From: Gammaproteobacteria bacterium
GTDB lineage: Bacteria > Pseudomonadota > Gammaproteobacteria > GCA-001735895
Direction of reading: 5' to 3'
DNA length: 64,000 bases
Assembly: GCA_050298595.1 (NCBI GenBank)
Contig: JBNKUM010000100.1
Location: forward strand, 64,001-128,000
Shown here: in pieces, positions 27,598-36,942 of the stretch
How positions within the stretch are numbered: the first letter of the stretch is position 1
How the letters are laid out: every line of letters starts with the position of its first letter
Position numbers and translations under genes: made by a program
Notes under the pieces: model-generated
Database searches by the model: none
What the model saw: only the letters and a program-made list of their open reading frames with translations
Told to the model about the DNA's origin: nothing

Positions 27598-28956
27598 TTA
27601 AGGTAGGGGATTGAAGCTTTGCTCAAATGCCCCCGTCCAGTCTGTTCCATTCGGATAGACACTTTGCAGATACACCGCATTGTTCAGTGCAGTAGAACGC
27701 CAGTCCATCGGGTCAGTTCCCTGGTTTTGTTCCTGACCGGCAAAACCATCAACGAATATTGCATTCAATAGTGAATTGCAGTCATCGTTAACATTGGCGC
27801 AAAGGTCACCGCTGAAGTAGTCAGTGTCGAGGGATAGTGCAGTTTTAATCATATCCAGTGAAGGATCGAAAGGCACCCAGCTTCCGTCGATTTCGGCTGT
27901 TGTGCGACCACCTCGGTAATTCGATGAAGTAACCGTTTTATTAATATATTCCCAGTCCATATCTTCTTCGAAGAAATAGATATCACGCTTGGTAAAAAGA
28001 TAATTGCCCAGATTGTTGTTGCGAAAAATATTGACGAATAGTGGCAGTGACATGTTCTGAATCTCTTCAATGGCGGCACCATTTCCCAGACCATCGGCCA
28101 CTGTGTAAAAATGAACATCAGGTATTTCTGTAATTCCACTAACCGGCAGAAACTGGTTAGTCATTTTTATTAAACCACGTGCGCTATAGACCTGTTGTAG
28201 CTGATTGGCCTGCAGGTCTTTTGTAATATCGATGCGCATGCCATCGGCCCAGGGATTATTACTATCGAATTGCAGGAACATATCTGCATTTTTACTGGAG
28301 GCATTAAAGTTGAAATCCATACGCATGCGTACAGGATCAGTAACGAGACGATCAGCGCTAAGTGCACTGGCGTCAACAATCATTCGGCCCTGTGCATCTG
28401 TATCATAGCTTGATTTCCAGGAGATATAGAATCCCGGCAGATCGTTTTCGGTGGGTGGGTTGGCCCGATCATAGCCGTAATACATACGAATCGTGGTCTG
28501 TGTGTCCGAGTCATCGGTGATACTGTAATGTGTCGGATCTTCGTTATCGTAATTGGTGGCCTGGATGTCATTATCGGTTTCAACAATACTACCGTCATGC
28601 ACGACTACATCGGCCAAATCAATCAGGAGGTCGGCGATACAGGTCCAGGTAGCCATGGTAGAAACCATGAAGCGGGTGGTTTTATAACCATTTTCAAAAA
28701 TGTCATCATGTTCAGCTCCCAGATAAGTACAGGGTTCGCCAGTTGAGGACTTGCTGGCCAGATCACTAGTCTGGATTTTATTAGCCAAAGACAGGTTTGC
28801 TACGGCTTTGCCACCGGTTATGCTGTCAGGCAGGTTCAGGTCTACTGTTAGATTGTCATCAGTTGTGCTGCCACTTGCGTCCGTATCCGTACCACATCCG
28901 CTAATAAAGATGCCACTGGCCAGTAACAGTGGAATAATAAGATAGGATTTTTTCAT
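27598..28956 (-). CDS. Uncharacterised acidic lipoprotein (452 aa)
   Basis: aaggag RBS, MKKSYLIIPLLLASGIFISGC lipobox; D/N/T-rich and beta-rich appearance; no family recognised. Confidence 0.8.
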   Translation of the reverse strand: MKKSYLIIPLLLASGIFISGCGTDTDASGSTTDDNLTVDLNLPDSITGGKAVANLSLANKIQTSDLASKSSTGEPCTYLGAEHDDIFENGYKTTRFMVSTMATWTCIADLLIDLADVVVHDGSIVETDNDIQATNYDNEDPTHYSITDDSDTQTTIRMYYGYDRANPPTENDLPGFYISWKSSYDTDAQGRMIVDASALSADRLVTDPVRMRMDFNFNASSKNADMFLQFDSNNPWADGMRIDITKDLQANQLQQVYSARGLIKMTNQFLPVSGITEIPDVHFYTVADGLGNGAAIEEIQNMSLPLFVNIFRNNNLGNYLFTKRDIYFFEEDMDWEYINKTVTSSNYRGGRTTAEIDGSWVPFDPSLDMIKTALSLDTDYFSGDLCANVNDDCNSLLNAIFVDGFAGQEQNQGTDPMDWRSTALNNAVYLQSVYPNGTDWTGAFEQSFNPLP

Positions 28957-29003
28957 GGTTATCTCCTTGATCGTTGATTCAGTTGATTGATTTCGCATGA
29001 TAA

Positions 29004-29031
29004 AGGAGACAGGCAGTGCCGGTAGATTTGA
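29004..29031 (-). promoter_or_regulatory. Putative ECF promoter, copy 1 (lipoprotein)
   Basis: Minus strand TCAAAT-N15-GTCTCCT. Confidence 0.6.
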
Positions 29032-29057
29032 AAAAATAATCTGCTTTTAGTGTGTTT

Positions 29058-29085
29058 TTAAAAAAAATCTAATTTAGTGTCTTCT
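29058..29085 (+). promoter_or_regulatory. Putative ECF promoter, copy 2 (M48 operon)
   Basis: TTAAAA-N15-GTCTTCT. Confidence 0.55.
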
Positions 29086-29114
29086 TATACAATAAAATTT
29101 TTGTTGGTCTGGAT

Positions 29115-30971
29115 ATGTTTCGAAACCTTATTCTAGTCTTTGGTCTGCTGTATTTTAGTGGCGGATTATCAGCGCAAGTGTTACTGCAGCAGGATAACCC
29201 TGCACAGTTCATCAGCTTCTGGAAGTCCAGTGTGATTAGCCCCGATGAGGATGACGCGGTACGGTTTTCTCAGGAGATATTCAAACGGCTATTGCGTGGA
29301 TGGGAGAGTAGCCGTCTTGAGCCGGGGTTATACGTGGTTGATTCCGATCAGGGACCCTGGGCGGTATCGCTGGTCGACGGCAATATACTTTTAAGTCGAC
29401 AGGCTATCAGCAGGATTTTAGATTTTGGAGCGGATCGTGCTGAGCATTTAATGGCCTTTGTACTGGCGCATGAACTGGCGCATCAGAAATCAGATGATTT
29501 ATGGCAGCATCGTTTTTTTCGGAAGACGATGAATCAGCAACAAAACAGGGGTGTTGAAATTGTCGATTTGCAAATGGATAGGCGATTGCTGCAACAGATG
29601 GAACAGCAGGAGGCGCAGGCGGATTACGATGGCATGATGCTGATGATTAGTGTGGGTTTTAATCCGCATTATGTGGTGACGAAAAAAGATTTTTTTACCG
29701 AATGGGTGGAGAATATCTGGCAAAAACCCTGCGCAACCCAGCAGGATGAGGTGTTATCCGAGGCCTGCCTGCAGGCAAAACAGCGCGCTCAACGTACTCG
29801 ATCACAGCTTAAGTCCCTGGCGGATCAGTCGGGTTTGTATCAACTGGGTGTGCAGGCTATGGTGGCGGCTGATTATCAAAAGGCGCGCTATTACTTTTCT
29901 CTGTATGGTCGAGATTTTCCCAGTCGTGCGGTTATGTCGGCCATCGGTTCTAGTCATCTGGCCGAAGCGATTCAACTGCGCAAAGAACTGATTCATAGTG
30001 GTGATTTAAACGAGGGAGATTTTTACTTTCCGCTTATTCTGGATGCGCGAGCCGGAATAGAGGCGCTGGATGAATCTGAAAAATCCACCAAAAGGGCAGG
30101 AGCCAATGAGGCTTTATCCATCCGCGAGGCTTTAGAGCGCCATGTGAAAAAGGCGGTCTATTATTTCGAAAAAGCCATTCGACTGGCACCTGAAAACAAG
30201 AAAACCTATCAGCAACTCATCAGTGCTTATCTTGCAGGCGGTAATATTCCGATGGCGCGTGGCATACTGCAGGGAAGGTATATTCCTCAGTTTGGAGAGG
30301 ACATGCTGTCCAGTCTGTTGATGGCGCTCACGATTTCTCTCGAAGGAGATCAAAAGCTTGCATTGAAAAAACTCAACGCGCTGTCAGAACAATTAGTTGA
30401 TACAGTGAATAATCAACAACCGCTTGAGGATGTGCTGCTGTTCTCGGTATTTAACAATTTAGTCGTGCTGCTAAAACAGGCTCAGAATGATGATCAGGTG
30501 ATCCCGGTGTGGAAAAAACTGGCGCGTTTAAGTCAGGGATCGGGTAATGCGAGTCTTTTTCGATTGGCTCTGTCCCGTATTAATCCTGCCTCGGCGATGG
30601 TGAATGGTGATTTGAAAGTAGCGCCTGGCGTCAATGGCCTGCGTCTGGGTAATCGTAAGATGAGGGATGATTCGGCACACAGCATCAATGAACTATGGAT
30701 TGAGGGCGATCTGTATCATGTTTATCAATATGAAACCGGGGCGCAATTTATCACTGGGGTAGATGGCAAGATCATCAGCGCCCGACAGCAGTCAGGTCAG
30801 GCAGCGATTGGAAAGCTGAAAATAGGTGATAATACAGAGCGCGCATTAGTCACTCTGGGCCTGCCGGACCGACGCCAGTATCTGGTGTCAGGAGAATACC
30901 TGGCCTATGATAGCTATGGTCTGGCGATACAGGTCAATGAAAATAAAGTGAAAGGATGGTTTTTATATTGA
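29115..30971 (+). CDS. Exported M48-like zinc metalloprotease with TPR-like repeats
   Basis: Signal peptide; AFVLAHELAH (HExxH) and downstream EAQAD; TPR-like AVYYFEKAIRLAPEN. Confidence 0.8.
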   Translation: MFRNLILVFGLLYFSGGLSAQVLLQQDNPAQFISFWKSSVISPDEDDAVRFSQEIFKRLLRGWESSRLEPGLYVVDSDQGPWAVSLVDGNILLSRQAISRILDFGADRAEHLMAFVLAHELAHQKSDDLWQHRFFRKTMNQQQNRGVEIVDLQMDRRLLQQMEQQEAQADYDGMMLMISVGFNPHYVVTKKDFFTEWVENIWQKPCATQQDEVLSEACLQAKQRAQRTRSQLKSLADQSGLYQLGVQAMVAADYQKARYYFSLYGRDFPSRAVMSAIGSSHLAEAIQLRKELIHSGDLNEGDFYFPLILDARAGIEALDESEKSTKRAGANEALSIREALERHVKKAVYYFEKAIRLAPENKKTYQQLISAYLAGGNIPMARGILQGRYIPQFGEDMLSSLLMALTISLEGDQKLALKKLNALSEQLVDTVNNQQPLEDVLLFSVFNNLVVLLKQAQNDDQVIPVWKKLARLSQGSGNASLFRLALSRINPASAMVNGDLKVAPGVNGLRLGNRKMRDDSAHSINELWIEGDLYHVYQYETGAQFITGVDGKIISARQQSGQAAIGKLKIGDNTERALVTLGLPDRRQYLVSGEYLAYDSYGLAIQVNENKVKGWFLY

Positions 30972-31028
30972 TCTGTCAAGCAGGCCGCTAGTCGCTATAT
31001 ACTGTTGCTGGATAATTATGGACATGCA

Positions 31029-31940
31029 ATGACACCGAGGTCATCAGCACAACAGCAAATTGAGCTATCTCTGACTGCAGCCAGGGGTGAGGTTAAGGCG
31101 CGTGCGCAGGTGAATGAATTGATCCATCCTGTGATCGAATATCATACGGCTTTATTTTGTAAACGCTTCTGTGAACAGAATCGTTTTCAGTATCGATGCA
31201 GCCTGAATAAGCCCTGGGGTACTCAATCTGCACAGGCAGCTTTATGCGAATGGGGCAATGCGAGTTATGGCTGGATGTTAAACGATCTCACCAGCTCCAG
31301 CCGCCTGCAAAAATACCAGGCCAGGGATGGTGCCAGTCTGTTTGATTATCTGTATCGAATCGCTAATTCGCTACCATTTTACGAACGCTGGAAAGACTGG
31401 CGTTTCGGACGAAAAGTTCATGTACCGACCTATGTGATTGCGATTGATGAACACGCAAAGTCAGTTTTTTATGCCTTGAGATCCGGGCTGAATCCAGAGC
31501 TAATCGCACAACAGTTGAGACTTTCTATGCATGATGTTGAACGCATTATTCGGCACATAGTCGTCGAGTTGACCCAGCATCATCGTCTCTATCTGCTGGA
31601 TTCCCCTAAAACTCAATCCTTGACGGCCAGTGGTGAAAACGATGAGCATGAAAATGCACATCAAATAGATGTGGCAGTGATTGATGATGAATATTTGCAA
31701 CAGGATGAGCAACAATATATTAATAAGGCGTGGAAGACTCTGGATACGATAGAACAGTTTGTGCTGGAGGCACTGGTGATCAATGAACAGGATGCGAAGC
31801 AGGTACTGAAGGCTTTGAGCAGGCTGGATATCAGCATTAAAAAAGGGGTTAGGCCGGAAGATACCAGTATCCAGCAACTGTATTATTTTAAGCGCAAGTC
31901 GTTGAACAAATTGCAACAGGCACTGGAGTCCGCTGGATGA
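31029..31940 (+). CDS. Atypical ECF-like sigma factor
   Basis: Sigma2-like AARGEVKA... and LQKYQARDGASLFDYLYRIANS; sigma4-like INKAWKTLDTIEQFVLEAL...YFKRKSLNKLQQAL; followed by a ZAS anti-sigma gene. Confidence 0.7.
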   Translation: MTPRSSAQQQIELSLTAARGEVKARAQVNELIHPVIEYHTALFCKRFCEQNRFQYRCSLNKPWGTQSAQAALCEWGNASYGWMLNDLTSSSRLQKYQARDGASLFDYLYRIANSLPFYERWKDWRFGRKVHVPTYVIAIDEHAKSVFYALRSGLNPELIAQQLRLSMHDVERIIRHIVVELTQHHRLYLLDSPKTQSLTASGENDEHENAHQIDVAVIDDEYLQQDEQQYINKAWKTLDTIEQFVLEALVINEQDAKQVLKALSRLDISIKKGVRPEDTSIQQLYYFKRKSLNKLQQALESAG

Positions 31941-31950
31941 AAATAAGTTT

Positions 31951-31978
31951 TCAAAAGATCACAAAGTTGCAGTCTTCT
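31951..31978 (+). promoter_or_regulatory. Putative ECF promoter, copy 3 (anti-sigma and downstream genes)
   Basis: TCAAAA-N15-GTCTTCT. Confidence 0.6.
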
Positions 31979-32001
31979 AATCACCAGAAAACAGGTGAAA
32001 T

Positions 32002-32880
32002 ATGAATTTTGATCAACATCCCGATGATGAACTGTTACAGGCTTACCAGCAAGAACCTGCAGCAGACAGGTTTATTGAGGTCAGTTTACATCTGGCCAGT
32101 TGTGCGGATTGTCGTCAACAGCTTGCCAGGGTGCAAAATCTTAGATCTATCTATCGCTATATAGAGAGCGAAACGCTCAGTGATGAACAACAGCAACGGG
32201 TGGAGGAATTTACTCAGCAATCATTATCCGAGGAAGATTATGCAGCGGCCAGGGATGAAATTCGTAATAATCCGGGAATGTTGAAGTCAGCTTTATATAG
32301 CCTTTCCATGCCGCAGGATGTACTGCCGCATAGTATTCCTGCGAACGCTCCTGATAATGAAAACAGCTTCATGTCACAGCTGATCGAATGGTTCAACTGG
32401 CCCACTCCAGCATGGGCAGGTTTTGCCGCAGGGGCGGTCATTACATTAACCGTAAGTGTTTTATTATTGGGTAACTCCATGTTGCAGCATGGGGCAACAT
32501 CCTCAATCAATATCGCCAGCTATCAGGATAGTAAAAGCATGCGCTTTATCCCCCAGCAGACGGTTCCGGGTATAGGTTTTTTCAGTGCCGCAAATAATTA
32601 TGCCAAACCCTATGACAATTTACTGATCAGTGTTGATGACGATCATCAATTACAGATGCAATGGCAGCCGGTAGATAACGCAACGCAATATCAGATCTCT
32701 GTGTATCGTTTTAGCGATGGCGATAAACAGTTAGTTGAAAAAGTGACCACCCGGAATACTTATGCCTCGATACAACTTCAGCTAGAATCCTTTAATCAAC
32801 GATTTGAATGGACATTAAGTGGAAACACTTCGCAACAGGAGGTATTCATTACCTCAGGTGGTTTTGTAATCGGTCAATAA
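32002..32880 (+). CDS. Zinc-binding (zf-HC2/ZAS) transmembrane anti-sigma factor
   Basis: HPDDELLQAY...HLASCADC (HxxxCxxC), single TM helix, FN3-like periplasmic domain (WQPVDNATQYQISV). Confidence 0.82.
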   Translation: MNFDQHPDDELLQAYQQEPAADRFIEVSLHLASCADCRQQLARVQNLRSIYRYIESETLSDEQQQRVEEFTQQSLSEEDYAAARDEIRNNPGMLKSALYSLSMPQDVLPHSIPANAPDNENSFMSQLIEWFNWPTPAWAGFAAGAVITLTVSVLLLGNSMLQHGATSSINIASYQDSKSMRFIPQQTVPGIGFFSAANNYAKPYDNLLISVDDDHQLQMQWQPVDNATQYQISVYRFSDGDKQLVEKVTTRNTYASIQLQLESFNQRFEWTLSGNTSQQEVFITSGGFVIGQ

Positions 32881-33935
32881 TGATGCATAACTTAAACACA
32901 TCTTTGAAAAACAGTATCCTGTTAGGTTTTATGTTACTGAGTCTGATCGCGCAAAACCTGCTGGCTCAGCAATATACCGGCAAACGCGGTATCGGTCTTG
33001 AATTGCACGAGCCAGTAGCAAGAGCACCGTTTAGTGGCGGATTTTATCGTGCGCTGATTATCGGCAACAATGTCTATCATGACCCCAGCGGACAATGGCC
33101 GCATCTGAAAACAGCGGTAAGCGACGCGCGTAGCCTGAGTCAGGTATTAAAAAGCCAGTATGGATTCAGTGATATCAGCCTGCTGGAAAATGCAACACGG
33201 CGTGATGTGCTGAAAGCCATGGAAGCCTTAGCTAACCGCGCGCTGCCGAATGATAATATTCTGGTGTATTACGCAGGCCATGGCTTTATTGATGATGAAA
33301 AGCAGCGTGGTTTCTGGGTGCCGGTGGATGCCAATGGCCTGGATAATACGACCTTCCTGAGAAATTCAACCATACGCGACGAATTAAACCTGATTGCATC
33401 GCGTGCCAAACATACGCTGCTGATTTCTGACTCCTGTTTTAGCGGCAGCCTGTTACGTCCAGTTAGTCGCGGGCTGAGTCAGGTTAGCGATAGTGAAAAG
33501 TACTTTAAAAAAGTATCCAGAAAAAAGAGTGTTCAGATCATGGCTGCGGGCGGAATCGAGTATGTGGATGATAATTACCAGTCTTCTGGTCATTCGCCTT
33601 TTACCTACTTTTTATTGAGCGAATTAAAAAATAATGACCGTGAGCTGATAACCCTGAGTGAACTATCGCAGAATGTCACGCGCGTGGTGGCGAATAATGT
33701 CGAACAGGTACCTCAAAGTGGCGTGTTACAGGGTGCCGGTGATGAGCTGGGTGAATTTATTTTTATCAAACTGAATGTTGAAGTGGATGGTGTGCCTGCA
33801 GAGAAGGTAAAGGTGCAGGTGAACGTTGTACCTGCCAAGGGTGCTGCAGCTAGACCAGTAGTCATTGAACAGGTTCAGCCAGCTGAGCAAAAGTCGAGCA
33901 TAGTTAAACCGCATCTTCCTATGCCTTCATTATAA
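32880..33935 (+). CDS. Exported caspase-like (peptidase C14) protease
   Basis: Signal peptide; ALIIGNNVY, LKTAVSDA, YYAGHG (catalytic His), DSCFSG (catalytic Cys), HSPFT; start overlaps the anti-sigma stop (TAATG). Confidence 0.9.
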   Translation: MMHNLNTSLKNSILLGFMLLSLIAQNLLAQQYTGKRGIGLELHEPVARAPFSGGFYRALIIGNNVYHDPSGQWPHLKTAVSDARSLSQVLKSQYGFSDISLLENATRRDVLKAMEALANRALPNDNILVYYAGHGFIDDEKQRGFWVPVDANGLDNTTFLRNSTIRDELNLIASRAKHTLLISDSCFSGSLLRPVSRGLSQVSDSEKYFKKVSRKKSVQIMAAGGIEYVDDNYQSSGHSPFTYFLLSELKNNDRELITLSELSQNVTRVVANNVEQVPQSGVLQGAGDELGEFIFIKLNVEVDGVPAEKVKVQVNVVPAKGAAARPVVIEQVQPAEQKSSIVKPHLPMPSL

Positions 33936-33946
33936 AGGAACAAATT

Positions 33947-34657
33947 ATGAATCGAGTGACGAACATACTCTGCACAGGACTGTTAAGCCTAAGCCTGACA
34001 CCGCTATGGGCTCAGGATTCACTCAATCTCGGTGTGGTGTTAAATGGCGGTGGCTGGAGTGCTGATAATGGAGCCGGTAGCAACAATTTTAGCAGTGATA
34101 AGGGCGGACAGTTCGGCGTTAGCGCCAGTTGGGCAGGAGATGCCTATTACTTTGGCCTGAGTTTGCAGGGCGGAGAGTATCAGTTTGATAACACAGGGCC
34201 TGGCCAGTTTACCTCCGCAGGGGCGATAGCCACCAGCGATGTCAGTGTCAAGCATGCAGATTTTGACCTGCTTGCAGGATATTATTTCTGGGAACAGGTA
34301 TCGTTGTTTGTCGATCTTAAAACGGTTAGCAGCACCTGGAATAACAATAATTATAAGCAGAGTTTCTCAGGGCTGGGTATTGGCGTTGCGGGTTATCACC
34401 CGATCAATGATGTCTGGACGTTTTATGGATCACTGGGGTTTGTTGGCGGTGATATCAAGGAGGATGGTAGTACGACACTGGGACGCGCAGGCAGCAGTGC
34501 CCTGATTCTGGGGGTGAATTATGCGCTGAATAAAAAAGACCACCTCAGCACAGGCTTTAAATCTCGCAGCTACCTGTTTGATTATGATGATGGGAATGAG
34601 CAGCAATATAATCTGAAGGGTTTATTTTTCGGTTACAATCATGCATTTGAACTATAA
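33947..34657 (+). CDS. Outer-membrane beta-barrel protein
   Basis: Signal peptide, alternating G/aromatic beta pattern, C-terminal GLFFGYNHAFEL. Confidence 0.75.
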   Translation: MNRVTNILCTGLLSLSLTPLWAQDSLNLGVVLNGGGWSADNGAGSNNFSSDKGGQFGVSASWAGDAYYFGLSLQGGEYQFDNTGPGQFTSAGAIATSDVSVKHADFDLLAGYYFWEQVSLFVDLKTVSSTWNNNNYKQSFSGLGIGVAGYHPINDVWTFYGSLGFVGGDIKEDGSTTLGRAGSSALILGVNYALNKKDHLSTGFKSRSYLFDYDDGNEQQYNLKGLFFGYNHAFEL

Positions 34658-35159
34658 ACCGCTTGTACCCCTTTTATTGCTATTTATCTCCTTTAGTGTA
34701 TCTGCCAAACCTGCTGCGGAACTAAGAATAGTAAATCTGGATATCACCACCCACCTGGGTGACCAGCAAGTTTATCATGCCGGGGATAAGCTGAGTTTCA
34801 TGCTATCGCTGGATGAGGATGCCTACGTGTATCTTTTCTATCAGGACTCTGAAAATCACTTGTTGCAGCTACTACCAAACGCACAACACAGGCAGAATTT
34901 TTTTAAAGCTGGATTATATATTCCTATACCTGATCCTGAAGCGGGTTTCAGTTACAAGGTAGAAGCTCCGTTTGGTACAGATCGCGTATGGGCTTTTGCA
35001 GTCGATCATCAGCATTCAGGGCTTCCGGGTCAGGTTCTGGGAAATGGACTCATACTTATGTTACAAACCATTGATCAGGTTCGTAGTGAACTCAAGGCTC
35101 AGGCAGAGAAAGTATTTGATCAGTCTTCAAAACAGATTATCACCCAGCCAGAAAAATAA
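34641..35159 (+). CDS. Exported DUF4384-like protein
   Basis: YHAGDKLSF...DAYVYLFYQDS...LLPN...PFGTDRVWAFA pattern; signal peptide. Confidence 0.8.
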   Translation: MHLNYKPLVPLLLLFISFSVSAKPAAELRIVNLDITTHLGDQQVYHAGDKLSFMLSLDEDAYVYLFYQDSENHLLQLLPNAQHRQNFFKAGLYIPIPDPEAGFSYKVEAPFGTDRVWAFAVDHQHSGLPGQVLGNGLILMLQTIDQVRSELKAQAEKVFDQSSKQIITQPEK

Positions 35160-35174
35160 CAGCTTGATCAAAAC

Positions 35175-36071
35175 CTATCGGGAATTTTGACTATGACCAA
35201 TATTGGAAAAATTAGCGGTAGTGTCTTCGTAGTTGAGCATAGATTTCAATTCTTTCCAAACTGACTCAGAATTAATGATTCGATCATGCCCCCATTTGTT
35301 GGTAACTACTAATTTGGTAAGTGGGAATTTGGCGCTAAATTTTACGATATCTGAAATCGGAGATAAATCATCGCTCTTATCATGTGCGATAACAGTATGG
35401 TCACTGTATTTCTGCAAATTTGTAGCCAGTTCAAATTTGGCATACTTCCTAACATAGTTTGCAACAAATTTGGCAGCGTATTGTTTTAATATATCAGGGT
35501 GTAACTTCAGGCCTTTCAGTCGATTAAGAAAATACAGTTTGTAATTAAAAACAGGCGAGATTAAAAACAAGGGTAAACCATTTATCAGAGCCGGTTCGCT
35601 ATTGGCAATGACCGTGCAACCGATATCGTGCCCAACCACTGCATTTAGCCCATTTAGATGATTGATTTTGACAAACTTTAATATGGTATTTGTGGTTGAA
35701 ACCATCTGCTGTATGGTTGCAGGTTTGCTTTCGCTTTGTCCATGACCCAAATGATCAAACGCAAGCGCCGTAAAACCACAGTCTCTGAGACCTCGCATCA
35801 GTGAAAAAAACTGAGAAGCCCCGCCACCCCAGCCATGTATAAAAACAACGGTTGGTCCTGTACCCGTCTGGTAAATATTAACCTTACCATCTGCTGTATT
35901 AAATCTAAGTCGCTCGAAGTCTTTCGGTGTCTGTTGATTGTTACTTTGCTGAGTATTCAGCATAAATAGATGAGCATCAATTTTGCGTTCGGCCCATTTT
36001 GGGGAGATTCGATTCCTGATTAAATCTAACGACATTAGAAGAGAGGATTGAGCATTTTTGAAATTCGGCAT
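35175..36071 (-). CDS. Alpha/beta-hydrolase fold protein
   Basis: HGWGG, FDHLGHGQS, elbow GHDIG, HDKSD and GH. Confidence 0.82.
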   Translation of the reverse strand: MPNFKNAQSSLLMSLDLIRNRISPKWAERKIDAHLFMLNTQQSNNQQTPKDFERLRFNTADGKVNIYQTGTGPTVVFIHGWGGGASQFFSLMRGLRDCGFTALAFDHLGHGQSESKPATIQQMVSTTNTILKFVKINHLNGLNAVVGHDIGCTVIANSEPALINGLPLFLISPVFNYKLYFLNRLKGLKLHPDILKQYAAKFVANYVRKYAKFELATNLQKYSDHTVIAHDKSDDLSPISDIVKFSAKFPLTKLVVTNKWGHDRIINSESVWKELKSMLNYEDTTANFSNIGHSQNSR

Positions 36072-36246
36072 AACCTGAGACGGCTCGTAAAAAAACTATT
36101 ATCAGGCCTATATTATAGAGCTAATCAGTATGCTATTGATGGATAGAAAAAGAGAAATTGTTTAACAATTTTTTTAAAAAAAATCACTGGGGCCGAGTAT
36201 CCTCAATCAAAGAAAAAATACACCCGCAGCGATAAAGAACTAAAAC

Positions 36247-36942
36247 TTAGCTCAGTTGATAAACAATAGACATACCCAGCCCGCAGGTTAATACACCGAT
36301 AGCTGTCTGTAGTCCATTGTGCATCCAGGTTAGTCCATTTGCTGAGGCTCGCAGCGGTATCGCTATGATTATGGATAGTATCGCCATACCCAGCATAGAG
36401 CCAGTTCCAAACAGCAGCATATACCATAATCCCAGCCATAGACTGTCAACAGTCTCCATGGTGAGCAGTATCAGGGCAGCAGAACCTGCCATGCCGTGCA
36501 TCAGACCGATCATCAGGGTGCGTACTGGAAAGCGATGGTCGTGGCTGTGTTCATGATTGCTCTGCTGGTGGGAAGGTTCCGCCTGATGCGAGTGAGCATG
36601 TATATGTGCAGCGGCTTGATTATGACGATGTATATGGTAATGAATGCGGTCACGGATTACGCGACGTAGTACATCCAGACCCAGGGCGATCAGCATAACG
36701 CCTACACCAATTTGCAGTAAGTAGGTGAGTTTTTCAGGGACGACGGTATCCATCCAGATGACTACCGATCCGAACAGGAACAGGGTAATGGTATGACCAA
36801 GACCCCACACCAGGCCATGCCGGATGCTGGAGCGGATGGAGTTATTCTGTTGTGTGGTAATCGCTGCCACCGCTGCCAGATGGTCGGCATCCAGCGCATG
36901 GCGCATGCCGATCATGAAACCTAGTAATAATAGACTGGACAT
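36247..36942 (-). CDS. UreH/HoxN-like nickel permease
   Basis: RHALDADHLAAV, WGLGHTITL, His-rich loop and GLMHGMAGSA. Confidence 0.88.
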   Translation of the reverse strand: MSSLLLLGFMIGMRHALDADHLAAVAAITTQQNNSIRSSIRHGLVWGLGHTITLFLFGSVVIWMDTVVPEKLTYLLQIGVGVMLIALGLDVLRRVIRDRIHYHIHRHNQAAAHIHAHSHQAEPSHQQSNHEHSHDHRFPVRTLMIGLMHGMAGSAALILLTMETVDSLWLGLWYMLLFGTGSMLGMAILSIIIAIPLRASANGLTWMHNGLQTAIGVLTCGLGMSIVYQLS

